Shown: in pieces, positions 47,201 to 59,500 of the stretch
How the letters are laid out: every line of letters begins with the position of its first letter
Position numbering within the stretch: position 1 is the stretch's first letter
Origin: Macrostomum hystrix
Lineage: Eukaryota; Animalia; Platyhelminthes
Direction: 5' to 3'
Assembly (NCBI GenBank): GCA_950097015.1
Contig: CATNEN010000038.1
Span: 2,790,001 to 2,854,000, forward strand
DNA length: 64,000 nt
Position numbers and translations under genes: made by a program
Notes under the pieces: model-generated
What the model was told of the DNA's origin: nothing
Seen by the model: the letters and a program-made list of their open reading frames with translations, nothing else
Database searches by the model: none

Positions 47201-49954
47201 AGCAGCAGCAGTATCAGCTGGTTGATCCATCAGCTTATCTGTCTAGAGGGTTCAGCGTGCCGCAGACAGTTAATGAGCAGCCGCAGCAGCAGCAGCAGCA
47301 GCCGACATCTGCACCGGCTCTGCCTAGGATGGCGACGGCGACTTCTAGCTTTGGCACAGGCAGCGTCAGCAGTAACAGCTGCAGCAGCAGTTCAGTGCCT
47401 GTCAGGCGTAGAAGTACTGCTATTCTGGCACCTCAGACTCTTTTGACACCTGCTGGTTAGTGTTGCCGAGATGTTTCTTTTAGAGTGCGGCTCTATTTTC
47501 AAAGCCTAGAAGCCAGGCTCCCTTCAATTCCATGCAGTACAGGCTCCCTTCAATTCCATGCAGTACAGGCTCCCTTCAATTCCATGCAGTACAGGCTCCC
47601 TTCAATTCCATGCAGCACAGGCTCCCTTCAAATCCCTGCAGTACAGGCTCCCTTCAAATCCCTGCAGTACAGGCTCCCTTCAAATCCCTGCTGTGCCATG
47701 CTCCCTTCAATTCCATGCAGTACAGGCTCCCTTCAAATCCCTGCAGTACAGGCTCCCTTCAAATCCCTGCAGTACAGGCTCCCTTCAAATCCATGCAGTA
47801 CAGGCTCCCTTCAAATCCCTGCAGTACAGGCTCCCTTCAAATCCCTGCTGTACAGGCTCCCTTCAAATCCATGCAGTACAGGCTCCCTTCAAATTCATGC
47901 AGTACAGGCTCCCTTCAAATTCATGCAGTACAGGCTCCCTTCAAATCCCTGCTGTGCCATGCTCCCTTCAAATCCATGCAGTACAGGCTCCCTTCAAATC
48001 CCTGCTGTGCCATGCTCCCTTCAATTCCATGCAGTACAGGCTCCCTTCAAATCCCTGCTATGCCATGCTCCCTTCAAATCCCTGCAGTACAGGCTCCCTT
48101 CAAATCCCTGCTGTGCCATGCTCCCTTTAAATCCCTGCAGTACCATGCTCCCTTCAAATCCCTGCAGTACCATGCACTCTTCAAATCCCTGCAGTACCAT
48201 GCTCCCTTCAAATCCCTGCAGTACCATGCTCCCTTCAAATCCCTACAGTACCATGCACTCTTCAAATCCCTGCAGTACTATGCTCACTTCAAATCCCTGC
48301 TGTACTATGCTCACTTCAAATCCCTGCTGTACCATGCTCACTTCAAATCCCTGCAGTACCATGCTCACTTCAAATCCCTGCTGTACCATGCTCACTTCAA
48401 ATCCCTGCAGTACCATGCACTCTTCAAATCCCTGCTGTACTATGCTCACTTCAAATCCCTGCAGTACTATGCTCACTTCAAATCCCTGCAGTACCATGCT
48501 CACTTCAAATCCCTGCTGTAATATGCTCACTTCAAATCTCTGCTGTACCAGCCCCCGTAATTTTTTTTGCAAGCTCTCTTCAAAGTTATAATCTAAGCTC
48601 CCTGCAAATCCCTAAATCTCCTTTATTTTTCTTCGCTATCAAAGCCCATAATTAGGAGTATTGTGTAAATATAGTAAGCGACTTTCCCGCTATCGATTCC
48701 GCAGCAGAAAAAGTCACCAGTCGACCATCGGGGCATTCAACGGTCGCCGCAGCGGCGGCAGCCGACCGCGCTCTGTCACCTCCTCCACCGCCGCCGCCGG
48801 CTTATCGCCTGTCGCAGTTCCAGGCTCCGGCTCATCAGCGCTCGGCCAGCACTCCGGCGTCCGAAGTCTCACCGCCTCCGCCCCCGCTGCCTCCTCCGCA
48901 TCCGCCCACTCCCGAAACCTCCCCACCGCCGCCGCCACCACCGCCACCACCGCCACCGCCGTTGGTGCAAACTCCGCTGCCGCCTCCGACAGATAGCAGT
49001 GATGAATCATCTTCGTCAACCAGCTCCTCTACCAGCTCGACTGCGTCCACTAGCTCGTCTGCTACCGCTTCGTCGAATTCGTCTAGCGTCGGCGCGGCCT
49101 CCGTTGTTGCTGCCAGCGGAGCTGCCGCTACCGTTGCAACCTCATCAGCGAGCCCCGGCGGGGCTTTAAAATCGACAACAAAGGCCAAGGTAGCAACAGA
49201 TGCAACTGCAAAAGCAGCAGCTGCAACAGCAACAGTACAAACAACAACAGCAGCAGCAGCAACAGCATCAGCAGCAGCAGCAGGTAGCACTGAAGCTGAT
49301 TCTACAACAGCATCAAATGCTACTATTGGCTTGCGAAGGCGACCACAACAACTGCAGCAACAGCAGCAGCAGCAGCAGCCCCTTCGCCAGTCTTTAACTG
49401 AAGAGTTGAAATTGAAAATCGGTGTGTCTCCCCCAGTGCCTAGGAAGCCGCTTCAGTCTCAGCAGCAGCAGCAGCAGCAGCAGCTTCACCCACCCGCTGA
49501 CCTGCCAAAGCGGATGTCCTGGAGTCCCAACGCTGCTGTTGCCCCATCGCCGCCTCCGCCACCGTCAGTTCTACCGTCGTCATCATCAGCGGCAGTGCCC
49601 GAGTCATCGCCGCCTCCGCATGCGCCGCCGCCAACTCTGGCTGCGGTGCAGACGGCGGTGAAAGATCTGCTAACACTGGCCTCAACTGTTTCGGCGCCAG
49701 CGCCATCCGTCATTGGGTCGGAGCTGCGGGACCTGGCCGACCGCACCAGTCAGACCATGCAGCTGTGCCAGCTGTACGCCGACTCCCTGCAGGCGGCCGG
49801 CACAAAATTCCGCCTACGCGACCACGTGACCGCTGTCGGACTCAAGCTGAATCCTCTCCAGCGACAGGCTGGCGGTGGCGGTGCCAACATTGCCAGCCAG
49901 CTGGACAGCCTTCGCGGCGCCATCGGCGAGCTGTATACCTTACTGCACAGGTGA
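38276..49954 (+). CDS. Abl: Abl-family non-receptor tyrosine kinase (SH3-SH2-kinase, Pro-rich region, F-actin-binding C-terminus)
   Basis: Exons 38276-38414 (MGAQNTK), 40980-41752, 43261-43348, 45490-46092 (alternative donor after 46101), 46850-47455, 48705-49954. [65 protein letters not shown]. Confidence 0.95.
39382..39490 (+). mobile_element. Diverged SINE 3' fragment
   Basis: aatgggcagaattgtgtccttgctggct plus attattattta tail, similar to 18354-18480. Confidence 0.5.
40735..40970. repeat. 21-bp minisatellite (Abl intron)
   Basis: tcctgtacaactcctctgtca units. Confidence 0.85.
41790..42888. repeat. 20-bp minisatellite (Abl intron)
   Basis: taccaatcctgtcatctgtc units. Confidence 0.95.
43415..45462. 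repeat. 21-bp minisatellite (Abl intron)
   Basis: atccggttgcagttatga(gca/act) units. Confidence 0.97.
46150..46805. repeat. ~24-bp minisatellite (Abl intron)
   Basis: gtcagtttaggtgggtcaggatgt units. Confidence 0.9.
47514..48550. repeat. 26/27-bp minisatellite (Abl intron)
   Basis: ccatgcagtacaggctcccttcaatt grading into ccctgcagtaccatgctcacttcaaat. Confidence 0.95.
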
Positions 49955-52227
49955 TGCCAGCCGTCACCTGGCTAACCCGACTTGCGCTCTCTTGCCCCTG
50001 TTCTGCTGGCTAGCAACACCTTTGCACTTTTCCCATAGAGTCCCGGAGCATCTGCTCCGTAGGCTGAATATTGCATTATATTCCTAATCTCCTATCTTTG
50101 TCTCCGATGCTATTTTGCCACCCACTCTTCTCCTATCCTCTTCCCTCTTATCCCATTCTATCCAACATTTTCCCACCCTCTTCCCCTTCCCCCATCCTTC
50201 TCTCATCTGCTTGTCTTCTATTTGATTGCTCCTCAGAGCAGATTCAGCAAGATTCTAAGATTATTCCCTGTATTTAGACTGTGTCTAAATAAATAAATAG
50301 AACTTAGGTTGCTAACAGTATGTCCCAAGGCTAAGAGAGTGGGCCTTGCCCTGTCTATGGAACAGTTTGGAGTCATTGTTTTTTATGCTTTTCACAGTCT
50401 AAATGCATTGATAAATAGAATGGTTTTATTATAGAAATGCCGTCTGCAATATGATTCAAAAGTGATGCCTTTCTTTTTGTGTAGTTTTCTCTTCGCACCT
50501 GCTCTCAACAGCTTCAGTGCTGTCTGTTTGTTAGCAATAAACTTAAACACTCGAATGAAAATGTTCTATTCTCTTTAATCTATAAATTGCTGCAGATAAA
50601 TCGCTGCTAGCCTGTCATTGGTCTTTTGTGTACACAGCCTTGACGCTTTGGTTATTAGATGCGTATTTAACTTATGTCTTTTCGATTTTTTGTAAGAATG
50701 CCATCCTTATTACCCAGCTATTTCATACTGTTGACATTGCGTAAGTGCTGATTTTTCTTGGCAAATTTAGCTAAAAGCACAACCGCACGCACGACATCCT
50801 ACTTTCCATCGGTAGTAAGATACTTAGTTTTTTGCATAGCTTTCTTCATGCCTCGCCTCTGCTTGTCATATTTCTTAGTCTTAATTTTTAACTGTATTTT
50901 TTACTGCGTATGCCACGGCCCAAGCTTTATAGTTGTCATGGCTACCGCGCCCATTAAGTTATTTTATACTTTCATAATCAGCGTTTGTTTGGGCCACTGT
51001 TTCTCCACAGACGCAATTATGCTAATTTTATATTTAGAAAATGCGCGTTTTTATACAAGTCGACTAATTCGTTTTTATAAGAAAGCAGGCAATGAACTGG
51101 GTATCAAAACCCATCTGACAGCAACATGACATCCGAAGATAACTTTAGCGTCTTTTTTTCGGATCAATTTACAAAATTACAAGTACTGAAAAATCTGCTT
51201 TTGAGGTCGGTAAGGGCAGCAGTAATCTCTGAGAAAAGTTTTTTCTCTTCTATTTGCTTCTTTGCTTCTAGTTTCTTTCAAAAGTATCGACCAATCTCTA
51301 ACAAACTTGTCAGACCCTTTATGTCCTATGTCCTATGTCACCGAATAAATGTCCGTTCGCCTGACCTCAACCTCGACCAAATTCACTTTCTACTTGAACT
51401 AACCTTCCATGCACATTCACGCTCGCCGCAACCAATCTTTCATTTCTCTTACCCAATGTACATTCACCAGCCCCCACCCACCCAGTCTCTCCACTCACAT
51501 CCACGATTACTGCAACCCGACTTGAATTTCTCTTACCCGATCGATGTACATTCACCAGCCCAAGCATTTCTAGCTTTTCCACCCACCCTCCCCGCAACCC
51601 CACTTAAATTTGTCTTATCTCGCGTTCACTCGCTAGCCCAGTTACCATAAAATTTAAGTCACTAATCTCTATAGCTTTTCTCCAAGAACAATATTTGTCG
51701 TCCCGTAGTTGTAAACTTGTAAACTGTAAACTTGTTCACGTGTTAACAGTCTAAAAGTTTCATCCTTTCGCTAGAAGTTTTTGAAGCTGTTCTCATTTTC
51801 TTTCTTTTAATATTTTCTAGTGTTTATTTTTCATTATTTTTCTTTTTTTACTCATATTTTCTGAAGCGTTTTATACATATGAAAGCTTTGTGTACCGCCT
51901 ATTGATTATTTATTACCAAATTGTCTTCTATTGTTTGCATTGTTAGTTAAACACCAATGCTTTGCTTTGTTATAATATACTTTAAATAAATAAATATATA
52001 TAACTGCATATTATACACATGCTGCTTTATTACCATGTGTTGTGTACAAATGGGAAGCGAGCTTACAAAAGCTTTCGCTAGGCTTAAAATATGTTTTAAA
52101 CCGTTGCCAATTTTCCTTTACTTTCTTTCTATGAACTAGCTGCTAGTTTTGTAGATAAGCATCAATAATGGTACTAACTCCTTTATGACGTCGCCCCACC
52201 TGTACCTTACAGATCCGTAGTACATAT

Positions 52228-53460
52228 TATTGTCGATCCCAATCCCGACTGTAGGTAATCTCAATCCCGACTATTGTCGATCCCCAATCCTGAATGTAGG
52301 TAATCTCAATCCCGACTATTGTCGATCCCCAATCCCGACTGTAGGTAATCTCAATCCCGACTATTGTCGATCCCCAATCCTGAATGTAGGTAATCTCAAT
52401 CCCGACTATTGTCGATCCCCAATCCCGACTGTAGGTAATCTCAATCCCGACTATTGTCGATCCCCAATCCCGACGGTAGGTAATCTCAATCCCGACTATT
52501 GTCGATCCCCAATCCCGAATGTAGGTAATCTCAATCCCGACTATTTTCGATCCCCAATCCCGACGGTAGGTAATCTCAATCCCGACTATTGTCGATCCCC
52601 AATCCCGACGGTAGGTTATCTCAATCCCGACTATTGTCGATCCCCAATCCCGACGGTAGGTAATCTCAATCCCGACTATTGTCGATCCCCAATCCCGACG
52701 GTAGGTAATCTCAATCCCGACTATTGTCGATCCCCAATCCCGACTGTAGGTAATCTCAATCCCGACTATTGTCGATCCCCAATCCCGACGGTAGGTAATC
52801 TCAATCCCGACTATTGTCGATCCCCAATCCCGACTGTAGGTAATCTCAATTCCGACTATTGTCGATCCCCAATCCCGACTGTAGGTAATCTCAATCCCGA
52901 CTATTGTCGATCCCCAATCCCGACGGTAGGTAATCTCAATCCCGACTATTGTCGATCCCCAATCCCGACTGTAGGTAATCTCAATTCCGACTATTGTCGA
53001 TCCCCAATCCCGACTGTAGGTAATCTCAATCCCGACTATTGTCGATCCCCAATCCCGACGGTAGGTAATCTCAATTCCGACTATTGTCGATCCCCAATCC
53101 CGACGGTAGGTTATCTCAATTCCGACTATTGTTGATCCCCAATCCCGACTGTAGGTAATCTCAATTCCGACTATTGTCGATCCCCAATCCCGACTGTAGG
53201 TAATCTCAATTCCGACTATTGTCGATCCCCAATCCCGACTGTAGGTAATCTCAATTCCGACTATTGTCGATCCCCAATCCCGACTGTAGGTAATCTCAAT
53301 TCCGACTATTGTCGATCCCCAATCCCGACCATTGGGAATCTTAATCTCTACTATTGGCGATCCCCAATCCCGACTGTAGGTAATCTCAATTCCGACTATT
53401 GTCGATCCCCAATCCCGACCATTGGGAATCTTAATCTCTACTATTGGCGATCCCCAATCA
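52228..53460. repeat. 45-bp minisatellite between Abl and MTIF2
   Basis: cgatccccaatcccgactgtaggtaatctcaatcccgactattgt units. Confidence 0.97.
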
Positions 53461-53572
53461 CTACTGATGGTGATCCCTAATCACATTTTTTCTTGTCCAT
53501 TAATTTTTAGTTTTCAATTCCTATCTTGTGGCTGAAACTTGCTAATCCCAACATTGAAATCCCCACTTGCAG

Positions 53573-56500
53573 CTGTCAGCCGCTGTCTCCGCCAGTGTTG
53601 GCAGCCTTCGCCGCTGCTGCCAGAGAGCCGCAGCTGCTGCTCAGCGCCGAGCGCCAGTCCACACGGCCACGGTTGGCGGACTTTTAAAACGTGTCGACGT
53701 TGCCCTTGAAGATCTTCGACCTTCGGCGGCAGCCGAGGCTGCAGGCTCCGGCTCGAGAAGGAAGACGCCGCAGACAATTGTGAAGCTGTGGCCCGGCATG
53801 TCTTTGTCCAGCCTGGCTGATCAGCTCGGTCGTGACGCTAAGGTGATCGGCCACAGCGCTCGGCGAATTGGCCTTCGAGGTCGGATTCGGCCGGACACGG
53901 CGCTTGATGACACTGACAGCCTCATCAAAATCTGCCGCTCCTTCGGACGGCAATTCCGACTGCTCGAAGCTGCTCCGGTTGAACAGGCCGAGCAGTCTCA
54001 GAAGCTTCATCATCCGACCACCGCAAAGCATGATCAGCATCCTGAGCAGTCTCAGAAGCTTCATCATCCACCCAGTGCAAAGCATGATCAGCATCCTGAG
54101 CAGTCTCAGAAGCTTCATCATCCGCCAAGTGCAAAGCATGATCAGCATCCTGAGCAGTCTCAGATGCTTCATCATCCGCCAAGTGCAAATTATGATCAGC
54201 ATCCTGAGCAGTCTCAGAAGCTTCATCATCCACCCAGTGCAAAGCATGATCTGCATCCTGAGCAGTCTCAGAAGCTTCATCATCCGCCAAGTGCAAAGCA
54301 TGATCAGCATCCTGAGCAGTCTCAGAAGCTTCATCATCCACCCAGTGCAAAGCATGATCTGCATCCTGAGCAGTCTCAGAAGCTTCATCATCCGCCAAGT
54401 GCAAAGCATGATCAGCATCCTGAGCAGTCTCAGAAGCTTCATCATCCGCCAAGTGCAAAGCATGATCAGCATCCTGAGCTGTCTATGAAGCTTCATCATC
54501 TGCAGGGTCCTATTAGACGTGAGCAGCCGGCGATGAATGTTTCTAAACCGCCGACTGAGCAGGAACCGATTCTTGTTAGCAATTTTCTGTTTTCACCATC
54601 TGTGTAAGAATTCTAGACTAAATTTTTACCAATTAAGAATGCTGTTGTGGGTCAGACTGTCAGTGGTGTTGTGGGTCAGATTGTCAGTGGTGTTGTGGGT
54701 CAGATTGTCAGTGGTCTTTTGGCTCAGATAGTCAGTGGTGTTGTGGGTCAGATTGTCAGTGGTGTTGTGGGTCAGATTGTCAGTAGTGTTGTGGGTCAGA
54801 TTGTCGGTGGTGTTGTGGGTCAGATTGTCGGTGGTGTGGGTCAGCTCGTCGGTGTTGTGGGTCAGATTGTCGGTGGTGTGGGTCAGCTCGTCGGTGGTGT
54901 TATAGGTCAGATTGTCAGTGGTGTTGTGGGTCTGATTGTCAGTGGTGTTGTGGGTCAGATTGTCAGTGGTGTTGTTGGTCAGATTGTCAGTGGTGCTATG
55001 GGTCAGATTGTCAGTGGTGTGGGTCAGCTCGTCGGTGGTGTTATAGGTCAGATTGTCAGTGGTGTTGTGGGTCAGATTGTCAGTGGTCTTTTGGCTCAGA
55101 TAGTCAGTGGTGTTGTGGGTCAGATTGTCGGTGGTGTTGTGGGTCAGATTGTCAGTGGTGTTGTGGGTCAGATTGTCAGTGGTCTTTTGGCTCAGATAGT
55201 CAGTGGTGTTGTGGGTCAGATTGTCAGTGGTGTTGTGGGTCAGATTGTCAGTGGTGTTATGGGTCAGATTGTCAGTGGTGTTGTGGGTCAGATTGTCGGT
55301 GGTGTGGGTCAGATCGTCGGTGGTCTTGTGAATCCTAAATCCCGCACTGCCAGTGACAAGGCCAGGCAGGAGTTCGACCCGGCAGACCCGGAAGCCGCCC
55401 TGCTGAATCCGCCGAACGATGTGCCGGACACGCCGGAGAACGCGGTGCGCCGGCCGCCCGTAGTGGCCATTCTGGGTCACGTGGACCACGGCAAGACCAC
55501 CCTGCTAGACAGGCTGCGAAGGTCGCGGCTGGTTGATGCGGAATTCGGCGGCATCACTCAGCGAATCGGCGCCTTCACAGTGCAGCTGCCGCAGGCTGCC
55601 GCTGAGGCCAATCGAGACGGTGAGCGGTCGAGGCGGGGAAACTTCCTCATTTTTTGGTTGTATTTAATGTGTGAAATGGCAGAAAATGGGATTATGGAAA
55701 TCCTCTGAACTAATAGGATTGATAATAGCCTGTTTAATAGATTGAAGTTACAAGAGTAATATCCAGTACCTGCTATTGACAATCCCAATACCTGCTATTG
55801 GCAATCCCAATACCTACTATTGGCAATCCCAATACCTGCTATTGGCAATCCCAATACCTGCTATTGGCAATCCCAATACCTACTATTGGCAATCCCAATA
55901 CCTGCTATTGGCAATCCCAATACCTAATATTGGCAATCCCAATACCTGCTATTGGCAATCCCAATACCTGCTATTGGCAATCCCAATACCTGCTATTGGC
56001 AATCCCAATACCTGCTATTGGCAATCCCAATACCTGCTATTGACAATCCCAATACCTGCTATTGGCAATCCCAATACCTACTAATGGCAATCCCAATACC
56101 TGCTATTGGCAATCCCAATACCTAATTTTGACAATCCCAATACCTGCTATTGGCAATCCCAATACCTACTATGGGCAATCCCAATACCTGCTATTGGCAA
56201 TCCCAATACCTGCTATTGGCAATCCCAATACCTAATATTGACAATCCCAATACCTGCTATTGGCAATCCCAATACCTAATATTGACAATCCCAATATCTA
56301 ATATTGACACTCCGAATACCTAATATTGACAATCCCAATACCTGCTATTGGCAATCCCAATACCTGCTATTGAAAATCCCAATACCTAATATTGACAATC
56401 CTTACATTTGCTATTCGAAATTATTGGCGATCCCAAATCGTGACTATTAGAGACTATAGGTTATCCTAATCCCGAAAATAGGTCATTTCTAGTCCGTTCT

Positions 56501-59500
56501 GTATGCGATCCACAGTCTCTAATATTGGCAATCCCGATTACCGACTGTGGTTAATCGGAATCCCTACGTACTATCCCAATTCTCCAACTCCCAACAGTTA
56601 TACTGTTTGCAATCCCAATCAATCTCTACTATTAACAATCCCAAACGCTACAATAACAATCTAGAATCATTTTCCCTACTACGAGCTATGAAAAATATAC
56701 AATCCCTTATTTTTCCCTCTGCTGAGTTTTCTGAGGTAATTAAATGTCTCGCTTAGGGACAAATTTCTTTCTTTGGGCTGAGATTGGATCTCTCTCCGAA
56801 CCACTCGGCTACAAGCTACCTTGCATGTGAAACACCAGGCCTCCCTAACATTTCCCTCTCTTCTGGTGCAGGCAGCGTCACCTTCCTGGACACACCCGGC
56901 CACGCAGCCTTCAGCAACATGCGGCAGCGAGGCGCCAGCGCCACAGACATCGCCATTCTAGTTGTCGCCGCGGATGACGGCGTCATGCCGCAGACTTTGG
57001 AGAGCCTGCGCTACATCAACGCTGCGGGTGTTCCTATGGTGGTGGCGGTCAACAAGGTGGACAAGCGGGAGGCTCAGCCGGAAGTTGTCATGCAGGAGCT
57101 CAGCGAGCACGGCGTCCTAGTTGAGGATCTCGGCGGCGACGTGCAGTGCGTGCCGGTGTCGGCTCTGAAGGGCAGCGGAGTCGACCGCCTGCTGGAGGCT
57201 GTGCTAGCTCTTGCTGAGCTGCTGGAACTGCGGGCCAATGTGCGATGTCGGGGCGAAGCGGTGGTCATCGAGTCCGGCCAGAGCCCAGTGAGTGTAGATC
57301 GCAATGCAGGGTTCGTCTGTAAAACCTCCGGGTATATCCTTTAACACTACAGTGTATTCTCTGTAACACCTCTGTGTATCCTCTGTAACACCCCAATGAA
57401 TCCTGTGTAACACCCCATGAATCCTCTGTAACACCCCAATGAATCCTCTGTAACACCCCAATGAATCCTCTGTAACACCCCAATGAATCCTCTGTAACAC
57501 CCCAATGACTCCTCTGTAACACCCCAATGAATCCTCTGTAACACCCTAATGAATTCTCTGTAACACCCTAATGAATTCTCTGTAACACCCCAATGAATCC
57601 TCTGTAACACCCCAATGAATCCTCTGTTACACCCCAATGAATCCTGTGTAACACCCTAATGAATCCTCTGTAACACCCCAATGAATCCTCTGTAACACCC
57701 CAATGAATCCTCTGTAACACCCTAATGAATCCTCTGTAACACCCCAATGAATCCTCTGTAACAACCCAATGACTCCTCTGTAACACCCCAATGAATCCTC
57801 TGTAACACCCCAATGAATCCTCTGTAACACCCAATGACTCCTGTAACATCCAGGGCCTCGGCAAGACAGCCAGTCTGCTCTGCACTCGCGGCAGCATTCG
57901 AGTCGGCAGCGTCCTGCTGGCTGGCCAGTCGCTCTGTCGGGTACGCCGCATGACGGACGATCTCGGCCGGACCGTCGACTGCCTCCTGCCGGGCCGGGCC
58001 GCCGAAGTTGCCGGATGGCGTCATTTGCCTTCTGCCGGCGAGTCGGTCCTGGAGGCCTCCAGCGAGCGGCTGGCTCGAGCAGTGATTTCGCAGCGCGAAC
58101 GGCGCGCAGCCGATGCCAAATCCTTGGCAGACGCAGCGGCCAGCGAGGAGGTTCGGCGTGAATGGCGCAAAGCCTACGAGGAGCATCTGGCAGGGCTGGC
58201 CGAACTCCCTATCAGGCTGCGCCGGCGGCATCGGGCAAGCGATGAGTTGGCTGACACCGCCAAGCAGCTCATGGACTCAAAGTTTGCTCACGGTGAGGTC
58301 GCGGCTTCGTTTGCGTCAATTAAGTAGGGAATTCAGGCTGTTGAATGAGATTCAGGCTGTTGAAGGAGATTCAGGCTGTTAATTGAGATTCAGGCTGTTG
58401 AATGAGATTCAGGCTGTTGAATGAGATTCAGGCTGTTGAATGAGATTCAGGCTGTTGAATGAGATTCAGGCTGTTGAATGAGATGGAGTCTGGAGATCGA
58501 ATCAGATTGAGACTGAGCTCAACCCAAACCAACTCGGGTAGGCTCAGAGCCGTGCGTCTCCCTGACCATCCGAGCCGACGCTGACGGCAGCCTGGAGGCC
58601 ATCATGGGCCTTCTGGCTGGCTACGCAGATCCGCGCTGCCGCCTAGACGTGGTCGCATTTGAAGTTGGCGCGCCAACAATGAGCGACATTGAAACTCTTG
58701 CCGACTTTGGCGGCGTCCTGTGCTGCTTCAATGTTCCGGTGAGAATTGCTTTAAGATGTTGACTCATTCAATTGCAACTTATTACTAGAAAAGGAAAATT
58801 CCGCCATGTCTTTAGTGAACGGGATTAGCTTTGATCCTTTAAGTTTAAGTGGATGGAAAATCCCGCGGTGCAAAAAGTAAACGAAAAATTCCGCGAGGCT
58901 GAAAGTGGAAAATGTAAAAATGGAGAATTATGTGACGCAAAAAGAAAAAAGAAAATTCCGCGATGCTAAAAGTAAATGGAAAATTCCACGATGCTAAAAG
59001 TAACTGGAAAATTCCGCGATGCTAAAGGTAAATGGAAAAGTCCGCGATGCTAAAAGTAAATGTAAAATTCCGCGATGCTAAAAGTAAATGGAAAATTCCG
59101 CGATGCTAAAAGTAAATGGAAAATTTCTCGATGCTAAAAGTAACTGGAAAATTCCGCGATACTAAAAGTAAATGGAAAAGTCTGCGATGCTAAAAGTAAA
59201 TGGAAAATTCCGCGATGCTAAAAGTAAATGGAAAATTCCGCGATGCAAAAAGAAAATGGAAAATTCCGCGATGCTAAAAGTAAATGGAAAATTCCGCGAT
59301 GCTAAAAGTAAATGGAAAATTCCGCGATGCTAAAAGTAAATGGAAAATTCCGCGATGCTAAAAGTAAATGGAAAATTCCGCGATGCTAAAAGTAAATGGA
59401 AAATTCCGCGATGCTAAAAGTAAATGGAAAATTCCGCGATGCTAAAAGTAAATGGAAAATTCCGCGATGCTAAAAGTAAATGGAAAATTCCGCGATGCTA

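Noticed and set aside
50758-51650. ORFs downstream of Abl
   Set aside because: AT-rich 3' UTR-like sequence with no motifs; part is a decayed repeat.
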